A stretch of DNA of 63,257 nucleotides, counting the filler, from Octopus bimaculoides (lineage: Eukaryota): NCBI RefSeq assembly GCF_001194135.2. It is 5 parts of 4 records of this genome, joined end to end, with 100 filler letters (N's around TTAATTAATTAA, not from the genome) between each part and the next. Parts side by side here need not be neighbours in the genome. Positions count along the whole stretch, not along the records: positions 51,973 to 63,257 come from NC_068986.1; 4 more parts are not named here. One strand, written 5' to 3'. The translations under genes and the position numbers were made by a program. The stretch's first letter is position 1, and the number at the start of each line of letters is the position of its first letter. Positions 53,532 through 63,257 of this stretch are shown here, one piece after another. The notes under the pieces are model-generated. The model had not been told where the DNA came from, made no database searches, and saw only the letters and a list, made by a program, of their open reading frames with translations.

Positions 53532-55796
53532 AAAGCCATAGAATTTAATTAAATTAAAACAGATGGACACATTAGTATAATTCTACCTAAAATCTCCAAG
53601 AAGGTAAGGAGATAGACAGAGAACATGCTGTCTTCACTTCAGCTTAGAAGCTACTAAGTTATCAGGAAGAAAAATTTGTTACAGATTTTGCTTGTCACTG
53701 TTTTATGGGCACAGTTTTAATTTATAGACTCGTTTATCAAATCTTTGTATATCTAAGACCAAAAGAGCAAGGAGCAATGCCTGTTAGAAAGTGGGCTGAA
53801 GGAGTCGACAGAAATCATAGTGGGTATAGTCATAAAAGCTAAAAAAGATTTATTTGAAGCAATATTATGAGATTTCGTAAAGGAAATCTTAAATCAAGAT
53901 GTTAACTGACCATTAAAATGGCAGGTCACTAGTTGACCATTGATAATGAAACAGGGGGAAATCTTATCGTGTGGTACTATAGTAAAATATTTTAAACAAT
54001 ATTGCCATATTGTATAAAGTTAAAATTTAGGGTTATTCAGAAGATTATTAAGAATATTATAACAAAAGGTTAAACAGTTTTCCGAATACTTTTGAGTATA
54101 TACTAAACTTTTATCACAATAGCAGGAAGAAAAGAAATTATCTCGAAATAGCTTGATATTTATATATATTATATATTTAAATACTAACTTATCAGATGGT
54201 ATCTACGAAGAATGATCAATTAAATCACCTTATACGTATATATATATATATATATATATANNNNNNNNNNNNNNNNNNNNNNNNNNNNNNNNNNNNNNNN
54301 NNNNNNNNNNNNNNNNNNNNNNNNNNNNNNNNNNNNNNNNNNNNNNNNNNNNNNNNNNNNNNNNNNNNNNNNNNNNNNNNNNNNNNNNNNNNNNNNNNNN
54401 NNNNNNNNNNNNNNNNNNNNNNNNNNNNNNNNNNNNNNNNNNNNNNNNNNNNNNNNNNNNNNNNNNNNNNNNNNNNNNNNNNNNNNNNNNNNNNNNNNNN
54501 NNNNNNNNNNNNNNNNNNNNNNNNNNNNNNNNNNNNNNNNNNNNNNNNNNNNNNNNNNNNNNNNNNNNNNNNNNNNNNNNNNNNNNNNNNNNNNNNNNNN
54601 NNNNNNNNNNNNNNNNNNNNNNNNNNNNNNNNNNNNNNNNNNNNNNNNNNNNNNNNNNNNNNNNNNNNNNNNNNNNNNNNNNNNNNNNNNNNNNNNNNNN
54701 NNNNNNNNNNNNNNNNNNNNNNNNNNNNNNNNNNNNNNNNNNNNNNNNNNNNNNNNNNNNNNNNNNNNNNNNNNNNNNNNNNNNNNNNNNNNNNNNNNNN
54801 NNNNNNNNNNNNNNNNNNNNNNNNNNNNNNNNNNNNNNNNNNNNNNNNNNNNNNNNNNNNNNNNNNNNNNNNNNNNNNNNNNNNNNNNNNNNNNNNNNNN
54901 NNNNNNNNNNNNNNNNNNNNNNNNNNNNNNNNNNNNNNNNNNNNNNATTCCACTCTTCGTTCTTTCGTTCCCCCTCTCTCACATTTCCTTGCCTTCTCTT
55001 CTTGCTCACTTTTCCTCCACTTTTCACTTCACTGTGTCCCTGTCAGTTTTTTCTCGCCCATCCTTAAGTCTTTTGTCTCTCTGCCTCTACCTCTCTCTTT
55101 CTCTTCTCTTCCCACGTAACCGGCTTTCGGCCAAGCCTGATCTTTCTTTGTTGGCCGGCGGTTGTCTGTGCAACATCGATATTCCTCCCTGTACCTGTGA
55201 AATCTTGTATCCCTGCCGTAAGGCTTTATTTCCACACACGCCAGCTTAATTTAATTCGTTCTTAGTCGAAAGACACCTGTTGTTATGTCCTGTAATCTCT
55301 ATTGTATTCGTGTAACATTGTTCGTTTTTTTCCGTCCTCGTTTTTGTATAAATTCGCTGCTTTCTTCCAAGGAATCTAATGCTCCTAGCTTAGTTTTTCC
55401 TTGGGGCTGGCCAGATTGGAGCAATCTTGGGTATAACCAGCCGAAATTTCAAAGATTATCTGGAACTCGACTGGGGAAAGAAAACTCCCGAGGCCCTGGT
55501 TTCATGGTTTGAGGAGTGTGGAACCACCTCTTAGCCATTATTGTTTCCAGGTCAACTCTGGTCCGGAGTGATAGTACCTGTAAGGGTCCCAGCTATGGGT
55601 TAACTAGCAACCCCCAATCTGCGACAAGGGGTAGGGATCGGTAGAATACAGTCACCGTATTCTCTACGCGGCGTAAGAGGCGACTAAAAGGGGCAGGAGC
55701 GAGGGGACTAGGAATCATCTCCTCCTAGTAAATCCATATTCCTAAAAAGGCAGCAAGGTAATTAATACATAGGTAAATAAAAAAAATGTACAGTTG

Positions 55797-56023
55797 CTTC
55801 TCGAGTCGAACTAACTCAAAAGGACTGGTTTCCTTTTTTCCATGGCGTATATATTGCCCACCTAGACGGTTCGCCGGTCCGCCGCAGAATTATTCATTTT
55901 TGCCGTTTGAGTGGACCGGAGCAACATGAATTGAAATGATTTGCTCAAGAACACAATGCAGGAGCCGAAACAACAACCTTACGACCATGTGTTCAACACC
56001 CCTAACCACTAAGTCACGCGCCT
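55797..56023 (-). mobile_element. CORE SINE (family C, tail type 2)
   Basis: Minus-strand head AGGCGCGTGACTTAGTGGTTAGGGGTGTTGAAC, CORE-like TGTGTTCTTGAGCAAATCATTT, and collinearity with 47305-47544. Confidence 0.75.
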
Positions 56024-56680
56024 GCGCAGGTAAATAAAGGGTTTTTAAAAATAATAAAGAAAGAAATAAGAGAATAAATAACAATAAATGATCACCCCAT
56101 ATAATAAAATTTATGTCTAAAATTTGATATTCAAAGATTAGTATGATTATAAGAAGACTATCCGTTATGATTAACTGGGTAGTCGCTGATCCGATTGGGA
56201 TGATGCAGTCATTGTGAAGATAGCCCATGATTCAAATCAAATTGTATCTACAATGACAAACTATAGTTCACGTTATCATATAAAAGATAGGGTAGTCTAG
56301 GCAGAAATTCTAAATTGTTTCCTATCATTCTGATTTTTACCTGAAATGTTTTCCCCGACCATTCATCCAGAAAACTGCATTGATTTCTTTTTTCCATTTC
56401 TAGCAATTAAACATTAATCATTGCTTAAAGTACAGATGAACTACTCTCTCATTCGGTTGATTTTCCAGATAAAATAAACTACTCCTGTCTTGTTGATCTT
56501 CCAGATAAAATGAACTTCTTTTGTTATGTCTATATTCCAGACGAAAAGAACAGTGTGGAATGTTTACCATCACTGAAGTTCTTCATAAGATTAACGAATT
56601 TCGAATCTATTTTCCTGAATATTTACAAATATTTTAAAACTAATTATTGTTCTGGATTGATAAAACAAGAGAAAGATTAC

Positions 56681-56824
56681 AGTTCTATATTTAAGAGATG
56701 AGGAATCATATACATTATTTACATTATTTACATTTGACGGTTGAAGGCTGGAGGGTATATCAGCCGAAACGTTGTGTCAACAAGTAACAAGATGAAGATA
56801 AATATCCGTCAAATGTAAATAATG
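56681..56824. mobile_element. Fold-back element with hammerhead-like core, copy 2
   Basis: Shares AGTTCTATATTTAAGAGATGAGGAAT with 29241. Perfect 19-bp arms at 56722-56740 and 56806-56824 enclose TGA-A-GGCTG(gagggtatat)CAGCC-GAAACGTT-gtgtc. Confidence 0.75.
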
Positions 56825-56867
56825 AAGGGAAAAATTAATCATAAATATTAGGGGCGAGAAAAGGAAA

Positions 56868-57031
56868 TAATCTTTTCTACTCTAGGCACAAGGCCAGAAA
56901 TTTTTGGGGAGGGGGCCAGTCGATTAGATCGACCCCGTTACACAACTGGTACTTAATTTATCAACTCCGAAAGGATGAAAGGCAAAGTCGACCTTGGCGG
57001 AATTTGAACTCAGAACGTAAAGACACGAAAT
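56868..57031 (-). mobile_element. Meta-like SINE (family A)
   Basis: TAGGCACAAGGCCAGAAATTTTTGGGGAGGGGGCCAGTCGATTAGATCGACCCC...GAAAGGATGAAAGGCAAAGTCGACCTTGGCGGAATTTGAACTCAGAAC. Confidence 0.85.
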
Positions 57032-57066
57032 AGAGTAAAGGAAATAACGAGGTAAATTGGTCATCA

Positions 57067-57284
57067 GGCAGTGAGATGGCAGAATCATTAGTATGCCAGA
57101 CACAATGCTCGGCAGCATTTTGTCCGTCTGCACATTCTGAGTTTACATGCCGCCGGGATCGACTTTACCTTTCTTTCTTTCGGGACGCGATAAAGTAAGT
57201 ACCAGTTGAACACTGGGGTCCATGTACTCGACTTACTCCATTCCCCGAAATTGCTGGCCCTGTGCCAAAATTTGAAACCAACAT
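57067..57284 (+). mobile_element. Meta-like SINE (family A)
   Basis: GGCAGTGAGATGGCAGAATCATTAG head...GATCGACTTTACCTTTC...GATAAAGTAAGTACCAGTTG...GTGCCAAAATTTGAAACCAA. Confidence 0.8.
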
Positions 57285-57297
57285 TTACTCGGTCATT

Positions 57298-57517
57298 AAG
57301 CGGTGAGCGCTGCAGAATCGTTAGCGAGCTGGGCAAAATATTTAGCAACATTTCGTCCATCTTTACGCTCTGAGTTCAAATTCTGCCGAGGTCGACTTTG
57401 ATTTTCACCTTACCGAGGTCGATGAAATAAATACTAGTTGAGCACTGGGGTTGATGTAATAAACTAGTCTCCTCCCGCGAAATTGCTGGCCCTGTACCAA
57501 AATTTGGACTCAATATT
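57298..57517 (+). mobile_element. Meta-like SINE (family A)
   Basis: GCGGTGAGCGCTGCAGAATCGTTAGC...CTGAGTTCAAATTCTGCCGAGGTCGACTTTG...GAAATTGCTGGCCCTGTACCAAAATTTG. Confidence 0.8.
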
Positions 57518-57751
57518 TATTTGGCTGTATATCCTGCTAGAAATAGCACTAAGACTTTTCCAAATCCTATTCTACTGTCTTAAAAAAGAAGGGCAAGTTG
57601 AATAACGTAGTCGCCGATAGACAGAGAAAAAATGTTTGAAACACCTTTGATTGTAATCTGCTTTATGGACATTGACCTGGGGTTAAACAACAACTTCTGA
57701 ACCTATTGCTTGTGAGAATATAACCACTTATTGACAGTGAAGAGTACTCAA

Positions 57752-57826
57752 TTCGTGAGTGGACCTATTGAGTGAGTGGACCTATTGAGTGAGTGGACCA
57801 AATTGTTCGTGAGTGGAGCTATTGAG
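57752..57826. repeat. 17-bp tandem repeat GTGAGTGGACCTATTGA (~4 units)
   Basis: Units at 57755, 57772, 57789 (variant) and 57809 (variant). Confidence 0.9.
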
Positions 57827-58379
57827 AGACGAATAGACGGTTTCCACCACATAATAACCACTTCAGAATATGGCAACGTCCCAGTAATAAAAACAACATA
57901 AGCGGCACGATTTGTTGGTGTAAGCTTGGCGAACAATTTTCTTTTAGAAGTTGTAACTAAGCAATTATCTTTTAAGCACTTAACAAAAAAAGAATAAAGA
58001 ATTCAAAAAGAGAACAATGTGACAAGTTCTAGTAGACAAAGCAAGAACATAAACTAAATAAATTGGATTGAGAAAGATGTTTGCACTCACATTAGTTTCA
58101 TTTTTACAAATGAATTAATTTCGAATAAGATAAAAGAAAAAAGAAAAAACTTCATTACTTCTTAATGACTTCCCAGTGCTAAGTTTGTACTACTCTAGAT
58201 TCTATTAGAGAAATAAAATAAAATATTTAGAAACTTCGAGTGAACTTGAAATAATTATTTTTGGAGTGGTGAAAATCGGAGGCGGATGAAGCTAAAACTT
58301 ATCGTGTAAATAAATACTGGACTAAAAAAAAAAGACCCCTTTTCTAAACTTTTCTATCTAAAGGATTTTAAACCCAGCC

Positions 58380-58530
58380 TTCTTCGAGTAGCGAGCCTCA
58401 TGTGACATGGCGGGCTGCAGTCATCACCCGAACAGGAGTACTGCTAAAAAAAACAAAAACATCTGAAGTAATTTTTCGGTAAGCATGCCATTCAGAAAGA
58501 CCTGCGAGTCGCAGTTTGCCCACGACTGAT
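58380..58530. mobile_element. Possible hAT-type MITE remnant
   Basis: GAGTCGCAGTTTGCCCACGACTG resembles hAT/Charlie 3' termini and GCGAGCCTCATGTGACATGGCGGGCTGCAG resembles their subterminal motifs. The left end was not found. Confidence 0.35.
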
Positions 58531-58616
58531 TTATAGCTTTATCTACTTCAAGTTTCACCGTTCCAAAATAAAATGTATTAAAATAAGGTAAAAGAGAAAA
58601 TGAAATATGAACGTTT

Positions 58617-58752
58617 CCCTCGGGCTGACCAATGCTTTGTGAGTGGATTTGATAGGCGGATACTGAAAGAAGCCCGTCGTGTGTGTGTGTGTGTATGTGC
58701 GCGTGTGTGTGCGCGCGTGTGTGCGCGCGCGTATGTATGCATATGTTGTGTG

Positions 58753-58783
<31 letters not shown>

Positions 58784-59020
58784 TTGTGTTTGTGTGTGTG
58801 TGTGTGTGTGCGTGTGTGTGAGTGTGTTATGTACTTGTGTGTGTGTCTATGTGTCTATGTTTGTTTCCCACCACAACCAGTGTTGTTGCGTTTACGTCCC
58901 CGTAACTTAGCGGTTCGGCAAAAGTGACCGACAGGATAAGTACTAGGCTTAAAACATCGATACTGGGGTTGATTCATTCGACGGAAATTTATTCAAGGCG
59001 GTGCCCAGCCTCGCCGCAAG
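58617..59020 (+). mobile_element. CORE-type SINE (family B) lacking head, with ~180-bp internal (TG)n
   Basis: GTGAGTGGATTTG...GAAAGAAGCCCGTCG-(TG)n-GTTTACGTCCCCGTAACTTAGCGGTTCGGCAAAAG...AAGTACTAGGCTT...CAAGGCGGTGCCCAGC. Confidence 0.8.
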
Positions 59021-59559
59021 TATTAAAAAAGTATTAAAAAAAAGAGATAAAAAAATGTTGCTGTGCCCCTGAGTAATATAGAAGCAGAAGGCAGAAACAC
59101 GAGAAACAAAACTGTTACCAAAGCCGGAAATTAACCGCATTACGGTTTGGGCTAATTAATAATTGGGTCACATCTACTTTAATGTCTTACCATAATCTCT
59201 AATGTTGATCGATTCGCAATCTATTTGGATAAAACACTGACTTGTAGACACTCCAATTTAGAGTGACAAATCGTTGATAATCTCCGCTGACATTCAAATA
59301 GATATGTAGGTACAAAGCAAATGTATACGTACCTACTTACCTACTTATCTACCTACTTACTTACCACCTCCCTTCCCTCCNNNNNNNNNNATATATATAT
59401 ATATATATACATTTGTATATGTATTCACATAAGTGCATGCATATATATCTAAACGTACACTACACTCAAGCATAAAAAGGTAGTCCTAACATAGACACAC
59501 TTATAATGTATGTGTGTCTGTGTTTGAGTGTTTATGCACTTGTATGTGTATATACATAC

Positions 59560-59608
59560 ACACACACTCACATATATTGTATATACATATATATATATAT
59601 GTATGTAT

Positions 59609-59690
<82 letters not shown>

Positions 59691-59790
59691 ATGTATGTAT
59701 ACATATATATATATACATATATACATATATACATATCATATATATATATTTAGAGAGAGAGAGAGGAAGGGAGAGAGAGAGAGAGAGAAA
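59560..59790. repeat. Compound (AT)n/(AC)n/(AG)n microsatellite
   Basis: Directly visible. Confidence 0.9.
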
Positions 59791-60924
59791 CAGACAGACG
59801 GACAGAGACAGATTACATCAAAAACTGATAGCTGTTAATTTGCATTAAAAGTGTCCCTTGATGGATTGTGTTTCCACTCCCTGAACCCCTCTCCAATACA
59901 CCTCTTCAATGCAAGCACTCAGTTTTATCTGTGAAATAGACAGAAATTAATTGAGAATTATGAGGCATGTAAATACCAAGGAAGTCCTGTATCTTAGATA
60001 TAATTTAGATCGCTAAAATGAGTATTTAACTTTGGTGATATATGACATCTCAAAATATTGGTTTTGGTAAGCAGCAGCCCTAATAACAAGTGGCAGATGC
60101 AAGGATCGAATTGCTCTTTGGTTTCAACTCACTGTTTCATTTCAAGTGCAGACAAAATCTTGATAAAATGAATGTAGTACTGGTCAGTTCTATGAAATAT
60201 TGGTATGTAGGAGTAATAGTTAAAAATTCATCTTCTTGGAGTGTAAAAAGACCAAGGGGATAACGCTGAAATTTAAATCACTAATATAATGACTGAGTAT
60301 AGTATTCAGATCAGAGAACAGAAATATTTACTTCGTTACTAGAATGTAAATGAGGCTCAATAATCAGTGCTGCACTAAAGATAAAGCGGGGCCAGATTGG
60401 TAGCGTTTTCTCTAAACGTAAGTAAAAAGGAGTGTGTATGTTGAAAAAAACTCTCCCTCGAACTTGCTAGCAATGAATTATGCGTACTATTTCAGGATAC
60501 TATGAATTGGGGTCAAGAGTCGAATCCATTTAGTGGATAGGGGACCGATTTCGAGAACTACTGGCAGATGCCTGGGTTAAAGACTTCGTAGGTCTATGTT
60601 TTTCTGTCGCAGTGTGCAGTGTTAGAAGGAACATTGTCGAGACAGGAGCAACTAGCCTTAACGTTATGTACACTACAAATGTTCTGGGGTTTGTGTATTC
60701 TTGGGAAGTGTTGGCTAACTTGGAGTAAAATATTTCCATGTTCATGGAGATATCTAGCTTCATCCGAGCATTGAGTCGATTATGCATCCTATAAGCAAAG
60801 GACTGTTTCCTAATTACAAAATAAAGTTACTTCATTGGAATTTAATCATAAAATATGTATGAGAAACCAGAGAATGCTTACATTTTCACTCATCCAATGA
60901 TAGATTAAATTAGCAGATTATATG

Positions 60925-61150
60925 TCAGATGGTATTTTTACTTTTGCATGAAAGCTCTATCATTGTAAGGTTATTGCATAAATATTTATTTAGGTAACAA
61001 CGTGGGCCAATGATTGCAGGTATAAATGTGAATTTATAATCTGGGAAGAGAATTTGTAGATTTCGAAGCAGTTGTCCATAAACGATCTCTTTTTCATCAG
61101 TTTTGAATGGAATATTCACATACAGTAGACAGCTGTTCTCCACAAAACTT
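60925..61150 (-). mobile_element. Second RLE-type non-LTR retrotransposon C-terminal fragment
   Basis: VENSCLLYVNIPFKTDEKEIVYGQLLRNLQILFPDYKFTFIPAIIG aligns with EASCHVDKNISLKIKEKEDISGQLLRDVQVLYPDNEFLFVPLIIG from 17769-18690. Confidence 0.8.
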
Positions 61151-61199
61151 TACTTTCCAGACATCTCAGATGTGGATGCTGTGTATATAATGTTACGCA

Positions 61200-61245
<46 letters not shown>

Positions 61246-61974
61246 TGTGTGTGTGTGTGTGTGTATACGTATGTATGTATATATGTCTGTTTTGATTGTA
61301 TGCATGTATGTAATCTTAAAAGATATCAGATAGAATCCGTATAGTAAATGTAGCAGACATCTTAAGTTTTCACTTTACACAGTCATCACATCTTGTATGA
61401 GATCATTTCACTTCAATACTTTCATTCGCAATACACCATTTTTCTAATAACTTTTTTGTCTGCTGGAAGCACCTAAAGTCATTGAAGTACGCTACAAAGC
61501 GGTTCAGTGCACATACTGAAATTTATATCAACTTAAACCAGTAGTAACTTATCGATTACACAACATTGTGTTACTCTATAAACAAGTTCTCTATAAATCA
61601 GGATTGTACATCTTCAAAAAGAGAAAAGGATTACACGAGGGAAGAAATTTTGCTGGCTACAGCGGGTTTTCAAATGTAGAAAATGAACGATTGAAATATT
61701 TCTCTTGTTCTTGGTGCAGACAATACGGGATCGCAACATGGTTTAGATTCCCAGCTGAAAAAGTACCATTCTTTACGCATGCTTGCAGCTGTCTTTAAGA
61801 AAACTATGATGGCAAAACATATAACTGACACAAAAAGGGAAGGAACGGTCTCATACACTGAAAAAAAAGAAATAAATTAATTTTCAAAATGAATCGTAGG
61901 TAATAACTCGATGTTTTGTTTTTCAGACCCATATTTCATATGAATAACCAAACATAGTCAAAGCCTCTCAAATT

Positions 61975-62121
61975 TTGAAGAGAGGTATAGTCAATTAAAT
62001 GGTTCTCAGTATATTACTGGTACTTGATTTTATAGAGGGCGAAAGATTGAAAGTCAGATTTGGCTGAGTTTGTATTTCACTTCAGAACGTTAAGGGCAGT
62101 AACAAATTGCTTCTTAGATGC
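61975..62121 (-). mobile_element. Degenerate Meta-like SINE (family A)
   Basis: CTGGTACTTGATTTTAT...CGAAAGATTGAAAGTCAGATTTGGC...TCAGAACGT. Confidence 0.55.
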
Positions 62122-62676
62122 TTTTCCTATAAGAATGTCAGTACCAAATTGTGTATATAAAATCATTCTTTGAAGGTGAACCAGTGCAGAGAATAGTAAA
62201 TATAGAAGAATATGTCGATAAATGTTTCGTAATCAAAGTTGAAGCATCACCAAGTTATTTTCGCATTCTACGCCAATTAACCAATTCAGTTATCATCAAC
62301 AATAATTATAGGATGATTCCTAACAGAGTGAAGCATTTTATGAGGAAATGTATAGTCTATTTAACAATGCAACAAGGCTACATAATCTAATCGAACCACT
62401 CTGTAAGGTGGAAATTCAAACTTCAACGAGATTTGAACCCAAAACAGAGCATTTTATTCAACAACCTACTAATTTTGGTATCCCAACACCACACCGTTTT
62501 TCTATTAAATTAATTCATTAGGGAGGAGAAAAATCTACAGGTTTCATGTTTCTTCGAATCACTTACAACATAAAATGACATGTATGGTTATAACTGAGAA
62601 TCAAAACAGGATAACGGAACATAGATTGCAGTGAGTCCTTATCTTCTTCCTATTAATCTCTCTCCCCGCGTCTCTC

Positions 62677-62741
<65 letters not shown>

Positions 62742-63019
62742 CCTCTCTCTATTTATTTCTCATTATCAAGGGTTTTTCTTACATTTTATCTATGAAATAT
62801 ATTTGTGTGTATGTGTGCATGTATGTGTATGTCTGCAAAATAATATGTAAAAGTGCACGGTCCTTCCAAATACGTCAAAAGTATACATCAAATGGATATA
62901 GATATTTCGTAAATACAAAGCTAGTATATTGAAAATCATGTAAGAGACGTGTGAGTAATAAAACTGCTATTTATCTGCCAAGGAAAGACAGAGATTCTAA
63001 TAATGACACTTTATCTATT

Positions 63020-63130
63020 TTGCCAGAAACAAGGTACCTTAACCTAGAATAATGAATAAGTCTACCGTCCAAATAGGTCGCAGCAGAATTTGAACTCAAA
63101 ACGTCATGAGCCAGAGTATATACCACGCGA
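63020..63130 (-). mobile_element. Degenerate family A SINE head fragment
   Basis: GCAGAATTTGAACTCAAAACGTC is the reverse complement of the B-box region. Confidence 0.45.
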
Positions 63131-63184
63131 CTTAGAGAATACATACCTACACATGTACATGCTCACACACACATTTATAATGCA

Positions 63185-63220
<36 letters not shown>

Positions 63221-63257
63221 TATATATATATATTTACACACATACACATATGCATAA

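Noticed and set aside
57752-57826. CRISPR-like reading of the short direct repeats here and at 47384-47442
   Set aside because: The units are contiguous with no unique spacers, there are no cas genes, and the context is eukaryotic.
62151-62390. 79-aa ORF with non-repetitive sequence
   Set aside because: No ATG start (TTG/GTG-type call), no recognisable motif, and the length is within chance expectation.

Overview
AT-rich animal genomic DNA from a fragmented short-read scaffold. About 6.7 kb (~11%) is N, and four gaps contain a synthetic 44N-TTAATTAATTAA-44N spacer. The repeat content (tRNA-headed CORE-type and Meta-like SINEs, very dense microsatellites) looks like an octopus genome; that is inference from recalled repeat families, not a search result. 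I find no supportable host protein-coding gene, rRNA, tRNA gene or CRISPR array, and nearly all long ORFs in the track are microsatellite or N artefacts. The window is intergenic or intronic and full of decayed transposons: two Penelope-like (GIY-YIG) fragments, two RLE-type non-LTR fragments, two mariner fragments, one Merlin (IS1595/ISXO2-like) fragment, one MULE, several MITEs and about 20 SINE copies or fragments. The most notable signal is a set of minimal type I hammerhead-ribozyme-like motifs with palindromic helix III. One has an intact core (5345-5396, minus strand) and one has a single core substitution (53444-53531, minus strand). Four more sit at fold-back junctions that all break inside the CUGAUGA core. 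A second notable signal is a ~1 kb element with degenerate terminal inverted repeats that carries a YY1/NRF1/ETS promoter-like motif cluster.
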